A DNA stretch of 64,000 nt from Patescibacteria group bacterium (GTDB lineage: Bacteria; Patescibacteriota; Minisyncoccia; UBA6257; JACRHW01). The notes under the pieces are model-generated. The model was not told the origin of the DNA. It saw only the letters and a list, made by a program, of their open reading frames with translations, and did not search any database. The stretch lies in assembly GCA_028865725.1 (NCBI GenBank), contig JAGWJP010000004.1:5567-69566 (forward strand). Reading direction: 5' to 3'. The translations under genes were made by a program, and so were the position numbers. This document shows positions 10,154 to 22,490 of the stretch, one piece after another; the first letter of the stretch is position 1, and each line of letters opens with the position of its first letter.

Positions 10154-11200
10154 ATGCCATTTCTGTTGGATATCATAGGTGTCGCGGGAATCGTACTCGT
10201 AGGGTATGTAGTGTTTATATTTTCTCGCGACGCAAAGAAACAGACTGAACAATTCAGTGCACAGTTGCGCGCTTCAGAGGAACATTTACATCAGATGAGT
10301 ACGCTTCTGTTTCAACAAATGAATGAATTGACCACTCAAGTCAATGGCCGGCTGCGTGAAGGCACAGACGCGATGCGGCAGTCAACCGAGCTATTCCACA
10401 CCAGAATGCACTCAATCGGGGCGGAGATCACAAAAGTCAGTGAGATTGCAAAAGATATTTCTTCTCTTAAGGATATTCTCTCTGTTCCTAAAATGCGTGG
10501 CGGACTGGGGGAGTTAATGTTGTCCCAACTCTTATCCGAAATTTTGCCTCACGAACATTTTGAAGAGCAGTATACCTTCCATACCGGAGAGACCGTCGAT
10601 GCGGTGATTCGGTTTAAGGATCGACTAGTGGCGATTGATTCAAAATTTCCTCTTGAGGATTTTGCGCGTTTGACGGCTGCAGAGACAGAGGAGGAAAAGG
10701 CGGGATTTCGTAAATCCTTCCTTCGTTCTATGAAAAGTAGGATTGATGAAATTGCCAAGAAATATATTCTTCCCGACGAAAAAACGTTAGAAATCGCATT
10801 TATGTATATCCCTTCCGAGCATATCTACTACGAATTTATTGTGCGCGGGGAAGATGATATTTCTGAATATGCGTTCAAAAAGCATGTGATTCCTGTTTCT
10901 CCTAGTACGCTCTACAGTTATTTACAGATTGTACTCATAGGGTTGCGGGGAATGCAGATTGAACAACAAACACAGGAAATTTTGAATCATCTTTCACGTC
11001 TTCGCGATGATTATTATAAATTCGAAGAGCCATTCTTAAAAATGGGAAAACATCTTGCCCATCTGCGCTCTGCCTACGAAGATTCTGAAAAACGATTGCA
11101 GCGATTTTCTGACAAACTTCTTTCCATTGAACAGGGACATGTTCGGAATCTTGAGGATCCCACTTTTGCGATAGAACATGCACACAATGAAGACGATTAA
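10154..11200 (+). CDS. rmuC: DNA recombination protein RmuC
   Basis: RGGLGE, IDSKFPL, KYILP, FMYIPSE, PVSPSTL; N-terminal TM. Confidence 0.93.
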   Translation: MPFLLDIIGVAGIVLVGYVVFIFSRDAKKQTEQFSAQLRASEEHLHQMSTLLFQQMNELTTQVNGRLREGTDAMRQSTELFHTRMHSIGAEITKVSEIAKDISSLKDILSVPKMRGGLGELMLSQLLSEILPHEHFEEQYTFHTGETVDAVIRFKDRLVAIDSKFPLEDFARLTAAETEEEKAGFRKSFLRSMKSRIDEIAKKYILPDEKTLEIAFMYIPSEHIYYEFIVRGEDDISEYAFKKHVIPVSPSTLYSYLQIVLIGLRGMQIEQQTQEILNHLSRLRDDYYKFEEPFLKMGKHLAHLRSAYEDSEKRLQRFSDKLLSIEQGHVRNLEDPTFAIEHAHNEDD

Positions 11201-12164
11201 AAATTATACTTTTTCTTCTCTTGAGGAATCGATCCTTACGACACTTGCTTGTAGTAATGCGTTGAAGATTTATCCCACCTCCTTCGAACTATTTTCACTT
11301 CTACTCAAACCAAAACTTTCTCGTAATTGCGCAGTACGTTCAGTGTCCTATTCTGATGTGATGGGCACGCTCGAACAGCTTGAGGCGCTGGACTTAATTC
11401 ATGTAGACCGGGGTTTTTATTTCTTTTCTTTTTTGCGCCCCCGTACGCGTTCCTTTAGCACCTATCGGATTCAGACCGACAAGCTTCTTGATCAAAAGTG
11501 GAATACCCTCGCGCGATATCTTTCTTGGTTTCGATTTCTTCCTTTTTTGGAGGGGGTATTTGTTTCGGGTTCGCTTACGATCGGGACCGTTCAAGAAGAT
11601 TCAGATTTTGATTTTCTCTTAGTAAGTACACCAGATCATCTTTATACATTGCGTTTGTTTTCAGTGTGCGTGTTTAATCTTTTGGGAATTCGCAGAAAAC
11701 CACACCACAAAGGAAAGACAGCGCGGAATAAGGTGTGTTTAAATCACTATCTTTCGCTCGGCGAGCTTACGATGAAAAATAGGCTTTTCGAAGGCATGCT
11801 TTTAGATACACATCTTGTGCCTGTTTATGTGCGTAATACTAACCTTATTTCTGAATTTTTTAAAGCAAATGAATGGATTCGTGAATATTTTTTTCGTACG
11901 GCGTTTCAAGAGCGTGTACAATATTCGGAGCGCCCTCATATACCATATCGCTTTAGCCTGGTTCGTGAGGGCTTTGAATGGTTTCTGGACGGTCGTATGG
12001 GTAAAATATTTGAACATGCAGTTTACACGTGGCAAAAGAGGAGAATTCCGGAAGGCCAGAATTGTTTCGCCACCCCCCACGAGCTTAATTTACATCCTCA
12101 TCTTGAAGAGCGTTATCATCGACTCGATCGCATACTTCATGAGTATTTTAGACGCCTTTGGTGA
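11187..12164 (+). CDS. Hypothetical protein with a nucleotidyltransferase (Pol-beta-like) motif
   Basis: GSL-x9-DFDFLLV motif; CLNHY; overlaps the rmuC end. Confidence 0.65.
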   Translation: MKTIKNYTFSSLEESILTTLACSNALKIYPTSFELFSLLLKPKLSRNCAVRSVSYSDVMGTLEQLEALDLIHVDRGFYFFSFLRPRTRSFSTYRIQTDKLLDQKWNTLARYLSWFRFLPFLEGVFVSGSLTIGTVQEDSDFDFLLVSTPDHLYTLRLFSVCVFNLLGIRRKPHHKGKTARNKVCLNHYLSLGELTMKNRLFEGMLLDTHLVPVYVRNTNLISEFFKANEWIREYFFRTAFQERVQYSERPHIPYRFSLVREGFEWFLDGRMGKIFEHAVYTWQKRRIPEGQNCFATPHELNLHPHLEERYHRLDRILHEYFRRLW

Positions 12165-12245
12165 CCCTGGCATTGCAGAGGAGGTGAAGGTTTGGTAAGA
12201 TGCAGAAGGAATATTTTGACAAATCAAGAAAGGGGAGGATTGTGA

Positions 12246-12632
12246 TTGGAAAAGACCGTTCACCATCTGATTCCTAGGAGCAGGTGCGATGAGCTTGGAA
12301 TCAAGCAAAAAAGTGACAAGCGGAACCTTAAGAAGATAAACGGAAAGCTTCATATTGCATGGCATACGCTTTTCACAAACAGAACTCCTTACGAAGTTGT
12401 TTATTTTTTATACATGTTGCGCGCGCTCAATCTTGACGGAATATATATTGCGACAAATATAGAAACATGGAAAGTGCTATTTGGTTATAAGTCTGTTCTT
12501 GAGGCCTGTGCAATTATTGCTAAGGAATGGACTCCTCCGCGATCCTTTTATGAGCCTCATGTGCTTATGGTAAATCATGAAAAATTCTTTTCTTTTTTTA
12601 ATGAATGTTTCGCAAGTAAAGAAAAGAAGTAA
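12246..12632 (+). CDS. Orphan protein with an HNH-like motif
   Basis: HHLIPRSR...N...H..WH.LF.N.TP.E; GGAGG at 12234; terminator follows. Confidence 0.6.
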   Translation: MEKTVHHLIPRSRCDELGIKQKSDKRNLKKINGKLHIAWHTLFTNRTPYEVVYFLYMLRALNLDGIYIATNIETWKVLFGYKSVLEACAIIAKEWTPPRSFYEPHVLMVNHEKFFSFFNECFASKEKK

Positions 12633-12647
12633 GCAGACCTATTACCG

Positions 12648-12672
12648 GGGAGCGATTACGCTCTCTTTTTTT
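12648..12672 (+). terminator. Rho-independent terminator
   Basis: GGGAGCG-ATTA-CGCTCTC + T7. Confidence 0.75.
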
Positions 12673-12704
12673 CCTCCAGAGAAGAGATTCTGAAGGGCCT
12701 CGTA

Positions 12705-12734
12705 TTGACAAGCAGTTCACTCCTGCCTTACAAT
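12705..12734 (+). promoter_or_regulatory. Sigma70 promoter of groESL
   Basis: TTGACA-N18-TACAAT immediately upstream of CIRCE. Confidence 0.75.
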
Positions 12735-12737
12735 GCA

Positions 12738-12764
12738 TTAGCACTCGTATGTCGAGAGTGCTAA
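12738..12764 (+). promoter_or_regulatory. CIRCE element upstream of groESL
   Basis: Perfect TTAGCACTC-N9-GAGTGCTAA. Confidence 0.97.
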
Positions 12765-12863
12765 ATCATGTGCTTAGGTTTCCTCGTGTGATAAGTTGCA
12801 AAAGTGACCAAAACAGATCAGAAAACCTAAAAACACATTAATTTAAAAATTTATAAACTAATC

Positions 12864-13157
12864 ATGAAGATTCAACCATTATCTGATCATGTCTTTATCG
12901 AGTCGATGAAGGACGAAATAAAGACAAAGAGTGGTATCGTGTTGCCGGATAGCGCAGAAAAAGAAAAACCAATGAAAGGGAAGGTGATCGCCGTGGGGGC
13001 GGGAAAAGTAAGCGATAAAGGAGAACGAATTGCGATGTCGGTGAAAAAAGGCGATACCGTATTGTTTACTAAATATACACCCCACGAAATCAAAGTGGAC
13101 GGAAAAGAATATTTGGTCGTTCGCGAAAGCGACATTCTCGCGGTGTTATCTGAATAG
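12864..13157 (+). CDS. groES: Co-chaperonin GroES
   Basis: PLSDHV, TKSGIVLPDSA.KEKP..G.V.AVG.G, ESDILA. Confidence 0.98.
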   Translation: MKIQPLSDHVFIESMKDEIKTKSGIVLPDSAEKEKPMKGKVIAVGAGKVSDKGERIAMSVKKGDTVLFTKYTPHEIKVDGKEYLVVRESDILAVLSE

Positions 13158-13195
13158 ATGTCACAGTGACCTATATCCAAAAGCTAAAATTCTAA

Positions 13196-14857
<1,662 letters not shown>

Positions 14858-14885
14858 GTTGAGAAGCTAGAAGTTTTGATGGTAC

Positions 14886-14913
14886 AAAAAGTCTCGTTTT
14901 TACGAGGCTTTTT
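14886..14913. terminator. Bidirectional intrinsic terminator after groEL
   Basis: AAAAAGTCTCGT-TTTT-ACGAGGCTTTTT. Confidence 0.8.
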
Positions 14914-15223
14914 GGTATCCGTGGCGGTCGAGTAGTGTTCGAGCGAAGTCGAGAATATTCTTTTCAAAAACCGTTTTTCTTGTCATTCGTAGAGCATTAA
15001 AAAAGAGGCACATTATGTGAACAGTATGCGAGGTATCAGGGCATACGTTTTATTTTCTGGGTGGCGGCAGGTGTAGAAGGTGCAGATCGCTTATGGGCTG
15101 TTTTGAATGTAATATGGTTTTTCAGCAATCGAAAGGAGGAATTGCTTCTACGTTAGGTGGAGAACGGTATATACGCTGGGGCATGTTTGCCCAGTATTTG
15201 TAAATGAAAGCAGAACGATGTCT

Positions 15224-16348
15224 TTAGAGTTCCTCTTGTGTGATGGGTTGGAGTTTTTTAATCTCGATATATCCTTGACATCCGTGTTCGTAGAATGAGG
15301 CCGAGACGACAAGAAGTAATTTTCCTTGCTCCACAAGCGTGTTAATTTTTCCAAATTCTTGCTTCACGCAAATTGCAGATGCTTCATAGTGTGCATAGTG
15401 AGGATTTATTCCGGGAAACTTGTCCGTAAAATAAGAGGTGAACGGCTCTCCATATGGTCCATTGTCGTACGAAATCGCTAGTTGAGCGGTACCACCCACA
15501 GACAGTGAAAGGACCATGTTTTGTAAAGAAATGTGGGGAAATAGATGATAACGAAATGACATGTTTGAGACAATAATGTCAAAGCGTTCTTTAAAATCTT
15601 GTGGTACATATTCGGCGGCAGCATAGTGATAGAAATCAACGGGAAACATAGAAGGTTCTTGGTCTACGGTGAGTCCGTGTGTTTCTGTGCTTGAGTCAAT
15701 GCGCTTCATATCATCGAGTGCCATTCCCACACCACATCCTACATCGAGTACGGTAAGCGTTTCTCGCTTGGTTGCATTTCGTGTTTCATCAAGAAGGTTT
15801 TTCCATGCGTAATCAGGAAAACCGTAATCTTTTAAGTGGCGTTGCCCGTAACCAGAAAGTCCCACCTTCGTGCTATTTCCTTTCTTCAGGTGTGTTTGGT
15901 TCCATAGGGTGGGGTCAAGAAATTTAACTTTTTCTCGCAACGACAAGGGGATGAGCCCGCCGGACTGTTCTTCTGGGTTTGTGACTACAAGCGTACTTCT
16001 TTCGGGAAATAAGGGATCTTGTATGCGATAGATAACGCCGCAGAGCTGCTGATAGGTTTCGCGATTCAGCGCATAAGAAAGATGGTGTACCAGATATTCT
16101 TTAAGGAGTGTTTTTTCTTGTTCTGGTAGAGGAATAAGTGGCTCGAACCCAAGGTGGATAGTTTCTACGAGGTGTTGGATTTCCTGTGTTGAGAGAGGAA
16201 CAAATGAGCCGGTTTCTAGTCCTTTAAAGAAATGAGAGAGCAAAACACGGTCTTTTTTTAAGGATTCTAAAGTAGACTTGGTTGCTTCGTCGAGGTTAGT
16301 ATCGCCAGAATGCGATTGAAGAGAAGATAATTGAGGAGTTTCGCGCAT
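15224..16348 (-). CDS. Class I SAM-dependent methyltransferase-domain protein
   Basis: VLDVGCGVG motif I, FDIIVS, L..GG; uncharacterised N-terminal half. Confidence 0.7.
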   Translation of the reverse strand: MRETPQLSSLQSHSGDTNLDEATKSTLESLKKDRVLLSHFFKGLETGSFVPLSTQEIQHLVETIHLGFEPLIPLPEQEKTLLKEYLVHHLSYALNRETYQQLCGVIYRIQDPLFPERSTLVVTNPEEQSGGLIPLSLREKVKFLDPTLWNQTHLKKGNSTKVGLSGYGQRHLKDYGFPDYAWKNLLDETRNATKRETLTVLDVGCGVGMALDDMKRIDSSTETHGLTVDQEPSMFPVDFYHYAAAEYVPQDFKERFDIIVSNMSFRYHLFPHISLQNMVLSLSVGGTAQLAISYDNGPYGEPFTSYFTDKFPGINPHYAHYEASAICVKQEFGKINTLVEQGKLLLVVSASFYEHGCQGYIEIKKLQPITQEEL

Positions 16349-16405
16349 AAAATTGTTATTTTAGTATTTCAAGTATATCATGAGTATGACACAAGAGGAC
16401 ACAGT

Positions 16406-18181
16406 ATGAATACCGCGACGGAGCGTATTAAAGAGCGGATTGATCTTGTGAGTTTTTTACAAGGCTATCTCACGCTGCAAAAAGCCGGGATCAATTATAA
16501 AGGGGTGTGCCCGTTTCACAAGGAAAAGACGCCTTCGTTTTTTGTGTCGCCTGAAAAACAGATTTGGCATTGCTTTGGATGCGGAGTAGGGGGCGATGCA
16601 TTTGGATTTTTGATGAAATTTGAAAATGTGGAGTTCCCCGAAGCATTGCGTATTCTTGCGGATCGCGCCGGCGTCTCTCTCCAGGAGTTCCAAGGCACAG
16701 CGACGCGCGTGGATAAAGATCTTTATGGTATTTGTGATGTTGCCGCGGATTGTTATCATACGCTTCTCTTTCATGATATAGGAAAGGACGCGTTAACGTA
16801 TCTGCGTGCACGCGGTCTTACCGATGAAACGATTCGCGCCTTTCGTGTGGGATATGTACCTTCGCGGTCAGATGTCGTGAAACGTTATTTTGCAACCAAA
16901 CATATTCCCTTCGAAAAGGGAGAAGCGGCGGGTCTTTTTTTACGAAAAAACAATGAGGTGTACGATCGTTTCCGCGGACGCATTATGTTTCCGATCGAAG
17001 ACAGGATGGGGCGCACGGTGGGGTTTACCGGTCGTATTTTTGAAGCGGATCCCGTGCGCCTGAAAGAAAGGGGTGCGCGCGAAGGGAAGTATGTCAATAC
17101 ACCAGAGACGAGTATCTTTAATAAGAGCAAGTTGTTGTATGGATTTTCTGCCACGAAACAAGCGATTCGCGAGCGTGATTATTGTGTGATGGTAGAAGGT
17201 CAGATGGATTTTTTAGTAGCCTATCAAGCAGGATTGCGCAATCTTGTTGCAACATCTGGAACCGCGCTCACTGTTGACCATCTTCGGGCGCTCATGCACC
17301 TTACCAAACATTTGATTTTTATTTTTGATGCGGATGCGGCGGGTGCGCATGCGACTGAACGTGCGATTGATCTTGCACAGTCATTGGGATTTGAGCCGCG
17401 GGTATCCCTTGTGCCGGAAGGAAAAGATCCGGGTGAATATTTTGTCGGGAAAAAGGCTGATATGACGGAACTTGAGAAAGAAAGCTTACCTGCTGCTGCA
17501 TATTTTTATCAATCTCTATTTACTCCAGATGTATTGCGAGATACGAGCTACGAAGGAATGCAGAACAAGTTTACCGCCGTGCGCGCATTTTTAGAAAAAA
17601 TTGCGCGCATCCCTTCTGCGACCGAGCGTGGGTATTGGTTGGGACGGGTGTCTGATGCGGTGCGCGTACGTCTTCTGGATTTGCAGCGCGATCTTGAATC
17701 GGTGATGCAACAACAAGGGAATGCGGACTATGGAAACATGTCAACCGCCCCTGCAGTTCAGGAGATACACGTAGAAACTTCCTCGCGTCTTGACATGTTG
17801 TTTGATGAGATTATTGCGCGTGCGCTCCGCAACGCTGAAGCCGCGACATCTCTAACAGAATTAGTTTCATATTGCCACCCAGTTCATAAGGAATCGTTGC
17901 ATGCGGTGTTGGCTGGTACGTATATTCCCAAAGAACATGATTCGCGACTGCTTTTGATGCAAGGGTATCTTGACTCTTTTCTAGAAGGTACGAATTGGGA
18001 ACGCGAATTACAGATCGTTGCGCGAGAATATAAGCTGGAATCCTTACGGACGCAAATTCAGGAAAAGAATGCCGAAGTGCAGGTAGGTGAGAGTCGGGGC
18101 GATGAAGCGCGCGTGGGTGTATTACTTCTCGAAATCAATAACCTTCTCACTGATTTGCAAAAGGTTGAACTTGAGGACTAA
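16406..18181 (+). CDS. dnaG: DNA primase
   Basis: CPFH.EKTPSF...CFGC Zn finger, DRFRGRIMFPI, KYVNTPET, EGQMD, FDAD Toprim. Confidence 0.98.
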   Translation: MNTATERIKERIDLVSFLQGYLTLQKAGINYKGVCPFHKEKTPSFFVSPEKQIWHCFGCGVGGDAFGFLMKFENVEFPEALRILADRAGVSLQEFQGTATRVDKDLYGICDVAADCYHTLLFHDIGKDALTYLRARGLTDETIRAFRVGYVPSRSDVVKRYFATKHIPFEKGEAAGLFLRKNNEVYDRFRGRIMFPIEDRMGRTVGFTGRIFEADPVRLKERGAREGKYVNTPETSIFNKSKLLYGFSATKQAIRERDYCVMVEGQMDFLVAYQAGLRNLVATSGTALTVDHLRALMHLTKHLIFIFDADAAGAHATERAIDLAQSLGFEPRVSLVPEGKDPGEYFVGKKADMTELEKESLPAAAYFYQSLFTPDVLRDTSYEGMQNKFTAVRAFLEKIARIPSATERGYWLGRVSDAVRVRLLDLQRDLESVMQQQGNADYGNMSTAPAVQEIHVETSSRLDMLFDEIIARALRNAEAATSLTELVSYCHPVHKESLHAVLAGTYIPKEHDSRLLLMQGYLDSFLEGTNWERELQIVAREYKLESLRTQIQEKNAEVQVGESRGDEARVGVLLLEINNLLTDLQKVELED

Positions 18182-18274
18182 GAGTGGTATACTACGCGCA
18201 TCAATTTTCTATTTAATACGTTGTCTTGTAGTGAAAAAACTTCAAGGTATGTACGGGCATTTTCAATATTTTTT

Positions 18275-19540
18275 ATGGCAAAATCTATACAAAACAAGAA
18301 AAAAGTAAAGCTGGTTTCTAAAAAGGGAAAGAAACCACACCGCAAGAAAACGATTTCCCAGAAAACAACGAACGTATCCGTATCCGCGGCAAAAAAGAGA
18401 ACAATGCCCGCAAAGAAGATAGCGGCCGCAGAAGAAGATAAATATGAAAAACTCACCGAAGGGCAAAAAGTGGAGCGCGTAGAAGAGTTAATGCGCCGCG
18501 GAAGAGAGCGCGGCTTTGTTACTGAGTCAGAAATTTTACATTCGTTTCCTCGCGTTGAGACTGATCTTGCCCTTCTCGAAGAGCTTTATGATTCGTTTGA
18601 AAAAGCCAATATTGAAATTGTCGAGGCACGCGAATTCTTAGAATTACAGCAACCAGATGAGGTTTCAAAAGAAGAGTTACGCCGCGCGACCGAGGCACCC
18701 CACGGCATGGAGCTTTCTGATGCGGTGCAGGCGTATTTGCGTGAGATTGGAAAGATCCCTCTCCTCACCGCAGAAGAGGAAAAAGCATTTGCGAAGCGCA
18801 TTGAGGCGGGAGATGAAGAGGCGCGCCAAAAGCTGATTCAAGCGAACCTCAAACTTGTGGTGTCGTTTGCGAAGAAATATGTAGGCCGCAGTCCGCACCT
18901 TACGCTCCTCGATCTTATTCAGGAAGGGAATATTGGATTGTCGCGCGCGGTCGATAAGTTTGATTACCGTCGCGGATTTAAGTTTTCGACGTATGCCACA
19001 TGGTGGATTCGGCAGGCTATTACCCGCGCGCTTGCAGATCAAGCGCGTACGATTCGTATCCCGGTGCACATGGTCGAAACTATTTCCAAGTTTTTGCAAG
19101 TAAAGCGTCGTTTGCAGCAAGACTTGGGACGCGAGCCGCTTCCTGCCGAGATTGCGTCCGAGATGGGTATTGATATTGAAAAAGCTCATCATATTATGAA
19201 GATTTCTCAAGAAACGGTTTCGCTTGAATTGCCTATCGGAGAAGATGACAAAGATTCAACATTGGGTGAGTTTATCAAAGACGAAAAAACGATTACGCCC
19301 ATGCAATCCGCATCCCAACGTTTGCTAAAAGACAAACTTGCCGATATTCTGCGCGATCTTACCCCACGTGAACAAAAAATTTTGGGGATGAGATTCGGAC
19401 TCGACGATGGTATTACACATACTCTTGAAGAGGTGGGGAAAGAGTTCGGCGTGACGCGCGAGCGTATTCGTCAAATTGAGGCGAAAGCATTAAGCAAGAT
19501 TCGTGAGCACGATGAGATTAATAAATTAGAGGAGTACTAA
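18275..19540 (+). CDS. rpoD: Primary sigma factor RpoD
   Basis: [44 protein letters not shown]; Lys-rich N-terminal extension. Confidence 0.98.
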   Translation: MAKSIQNKKKVKLVSKKGKKPHRKKTISQKTTNVSVSAAKKRTMPAKKIAAAEEDKYEKLTEGQKVERVEELMRRGRERGFVTESEILHSFPRVETDLALLEELYDSFEKANIEIVEAREFLELQQPDEVSKEELRRATEAPHGMELSDAVQAYLREIGKIPLLTAEEEKAFAKRIEAGDEEARQKLIQANLKLVVSFAKKYVGRSPHLTLLDLIQEGNIGLSRAVDKFDYRRGFKFSTYATWWIRQAITRALADQARTIRIPVHMVETISKFLQVKRRLQQDLGREPLPAEIASEMGIDIEKAHHIMKISQETVSLELPIGEDDKDSTLGEFIKDEKTITPMQSASQRLLKDKLADILRDLTPREQKILGMRFGLDDGITHTLEEVGKEFGVTRERIRQIEAKALSKIREHDEINKLEEY

Positions 19541-19625
19541 CAAGGATTAAATAGCAGAGAGGAGGCGTGGGAGGAGCGTGCGGGCAGGAAGAGGGATAGG
19601 GTACTAATCATGAAAGACGTCATCT

Positions 19626-21113
19626 ATGAGGAGAGGAATTCAGGAAGCGATTGATGCTATTCTCGTGGGGATTATTGCGGGAGGTCTTGCGGCTCCTTTT
19701 CTGAGTACTTCAGTGACGTGGTATGTGTGCGCAGGGGTTGCCGTGACTGATCTTATAAGTATCGCCGCGTTTCGCAAGGCTATTTCCCTACGAGCCATGC
19801 AAACGTTTGTGGCGCTACAGGTAGTATGTGCGATGGTACTGTACGCGCACTTCTTTGTGGCAGCACAGCAGGCATGGGTCATGCGCATGTGGCAGCCGCG
19901 AGGCACCGTTGCGCTTGAAGGTGTGGTGGCATCTCCACCGGAATCCACAGACAAGGTTACGCGCTTTCTCATCGCAGTGTCCTCTCCGCATGTTACGCGT
20001 GTGAGCGTGGTGGGGGATATCCACACACTCGCCGATATCCGTTATGGAGATGTGGTGGGCGTCGCAGGTGTTGCAGAGACACCGCAAGCGTATACCGCCG
20101 CAAAAGATCCTACTCTACGCGCCGAGTTTGCGTTTCCTCGCGTATCTCTTCTTCATCATGCGGATTCGTTTTCATATTACGCCCGCCTTCTTGAGCTCAA
20201 AACCGTATTTGCTCACAACATTCAACGTAGTATTCCCGATCCTTATGCTTCGTTTGGTATCTCATTGCTTATGGGGAAATCAGGTATTCCTGCAGAACTT
20301 TCTCAAGCCATGCGCCTTACGGGTACCACGCATCTCGTTGCACTTTCCGGTTTTAATATTTCTGTCATGAGCGTATATCTTTTTTCATTTCTGTTGTGGC
20401 TTCGCATACATCGCAAAATAGCATTGCTGCTTTCCGGAATTATTATTATTGTGTTTGTAATCATGATGGGCGCTGAAGCATCTCTGGTGCGTGCGGCAGT
20501 GATGGGAGAGCTTGTGATTGTGGCCGGATTGCTAGGGAGGCCATATTCATTTTGGCGCGCGGTATTATGCGCTGCATGCGGGATGGTAGTATTGAACCCT
20601 GTTATTCTTATAAATGATGTAGGATTTCAACTTTCTTTTCTTGCAACCCTGGGTCTTGCGCTCTTGCTGCCTATTTTTGATACGCGATTCGGCGGGGGGG
20701 AGACAGTCTTTGATTGGAAAATGAATTTTTTTGCGACCTGTGCGAGTCAAATCATGGTATTTCCTATTCTCATAAATACATTTGGGATTTTTTCTCCGCT
20801 TTCTCTTGTCACGAACGTCTTGATCCTTTCTGTGATTCCTGCGACTATGCTTGTAGTATTTATGGTGGGGTTGTGCGGGTTTGTGAGCAGCATGTTTGCT
20901 GCAGCGATAGGACTTATCGCGTCGCTTCTTCTGGGATATGAAATCGGGGTGATCCGATTATTCTCGACCATCCCGCTTACGCTCACCTTTTCTGCCGGTT
21001 TTATGGCGCCACTATTTTTTGTGGTGTACTATATAGGGCTTGCACTCCTGATATCACGATTTTGGAACGTGCGGTATACTATAGATACGTATCATGTTTC
21101 AAGTACAGAATGA
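19626..21113 (+). CDS. comEC: ComEC/Rec2 competence DNA-uptake channel (no C-terminal MBL domain)
   Basis: GTTHLVALSGFNI, SLVRAAVM, GFQLSFLAT; multiple TM segments. Confidence 0.93.
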   Translation: MRRGIQEAIDAILVGIIAGGLAAPFLSTSVTWYVCAGVAVTDLISIAAFRKAISLRAMQTFVALQVVCAMVLYAHFFVAAQQAWVMRMWQPRGTVALEGVVASPPESTDKVTRFLIAVSSPHVTRVSVVGDIHTLADIRYGDVVGVAGVAETPQAYTAAKDPTLRAEFAFPRVSLLHHADSFSYYARLLELKTVFAHNIQRSIPDPYASFGISLLMGKSGIPAELSQAMRLTGTTHLVALSGFNISVMSVYLFSFLLWLRIHRKIALLLSGIIIIVFVIMMGAEASLVRAAVMGELVIVAGLLGRPYSFWRAVLCAACGMVVLNPVILINDVGFQLSFLATLGLALLLPIFDTRFGGGETVFDWKMNFFATCASQIMVFPILINTFGIFSPLSLVTNVLILSVIPATMLVVFMVGLCGFVSSMFAAAIGLIASLLLGYEIGVIRLFSTIPLTLTFSAGFMAPLFFVVYYIGLALLISRFWNVRYTIDTYHVSSTE

Positions 21114-21780
21114 ACAATTTAGCGGCCCTTTTGATGTGCTGCTTACGATGATTGAGGATAAGAAACTCCAGATTACCGAGTTTAGTTTGTCGCGCATTAC
21201 TTCTGATTTCTTAGCATACGTACGCGGGTTGCAGGAGAAAGATTATGCAGAGATCGGCGATTTTTTAGTCGTGGCCGCGCGTTTGATTTTTTTAAAATCA
21301 CGGGAATTGCTGCCAAAGATTTTCTCAGAAGAGGAGGAGGGGGAGGGAAATCTCGAGTTGCAGCTGACGCTCTACCGAGAAATCAAGCAGATGAGCAAGG
21401 TATTGGGTGAACGCTTTGGCCATTATGTCATGCTTGGACGAGGATATCTCTATGGATATGCGCCCGCATTTCTTCCTGGAAAAAATTGTACGCAAGAAGC
21501 GCTTACCAAACACATAGGACGTATAATGGTTGCGCATAACGCTGTGCTTTATACTCGCGTTGAACGTCGTCTCGTGACCATTGAGGAGAAGGTGGCGCAT
21601 ATTTTAGAGCGTCTTGAAGCAGGCGGAGGATTTCATTTTCATGAACTCTCGAAAGAGCAGGACCGTATAGACGTCATCGTACTATTTCTTGCTCTTCTGG
21701 AACTCATGAAATCCGGAATAGTGCACCCTATGCAGGAAAACAATTTTGGCGACATTACGATCGCGAAGCACGTTGCATGA
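21094..21780 (+). CDS. scpA: Segregation and condensation protein A
   Basis: FSGPFDVLL, AARLI..KSR.LLP, FLALLELMK, Q...FGDI. Confidence 0.95.
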   Translation: MFQVQNEQFSGPFDVLLTMIEDKKLQITEFSLSRITSDFLAYVRGLQEKDYAEIGDFLVVAARLIFLKSRELLPKIFSEEEEGEGNLELQLTLYREIKQMSKVLGERFGHYVMLGRGYLYGYAPAFLPGKNCTQEALTKHIGRIMVAHNAVLYTRVERRLVTIEEKVAHILERLEAGGGFHFHELSKEQDRIDVIVLFLALLELMKSGIVHPMQENNFGDITIAKHVA

Positions 21781-21893
21781 AGCGTGGTAAAAAAGTCTGA
21801 CGAGATCAAGTGGGGTTGATCTTTTTTAGAGGATGTGATATATACGTGTCAGACCCAAAGCTACTTTGGGGACTTGAAAAGGAGGAAGAAAGG

Positions 21894-22451
21894 ATGAACA
21901 TTGTCGGATGGATTCGGACACACATCTTTTTGTTGATTTTGCTGGCAACGGGGATCATTACCGTCACTATTACGTTCAACAATCCCTTTGCGAGAAATAC
22001 TGCTCCTGCAAAAGAGAAGGCTTTTGTATTTGTACCTAATGCGGAACACCCCGACCTGGTCGCACACTGGATTACGAACGATCTCGACAACCCGTCTCTT
22101 CATAATGACATTTCTGTATTTTTGTTCCGTGTGGGTGCACATGATCAACAGAGCGTCGCAGACATTATTCAAAGATATTCGCCCTGGATGCTTTATAGGT
22201 GGGATGGAGACTCAGATGATAACAATACAGCATGGCAAGGAACCTTTCTTTTTGTCGCAACAGAGAAAAACGATTCTCCGATTATGCTGGTAAAAATAAT
22301 TGGTATTCATGATATGTCTAGAACGAGTGCGTATTATTCTCAAGCATGTTTTTGGTTCAGTCGTCTCGTAGCGTGGAAAAAAACCTGGTTTACCCTCGAC
22401 AAAGATGGTAACACCGATATGTATCGAATGCTGCCGACACAGTTGCCGTAG
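21894..22451 (+). CDS. Orphan protein with an N-terminal TM/signal, between scpA and scpB
   Basis: AAGGAGG at 21879, hydrophobic N-terminus, own terminator. Confidence 0.6.
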   Translation: MNIVGWIRTHIFLLILLATGIITVTITFNNPFARNTAPAKEKAFVFVPNAEHPDLVAHWITNDLDNPSLHNDISVFLFRVGAHDQQSVADIIQRYSPWMLYRWDGDSDDNNTAWQGTFLFVATEKNDSPIMLVKIIGIHDMSRTSAYYSQACFWFSRLVAWKKTWFTLDKDGNTDMYRMLPTQLP

Positions 22452-22469
22452 AAAATCTTATATGAATAC

Positions 22470-22490
22470 ACCGAGGAAACTCGGTTTTTT
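22470..22490 (+). terminator. Rho-independent terminator
   Basis: ACCGAG-GAAA-CTCGGT + T-tract. Confidence 0.85.

Noticed and set aside
14960-15223. Open stretch after the groEL terminator
   Set aside because: No start codon or recognisable product in the longest + frame
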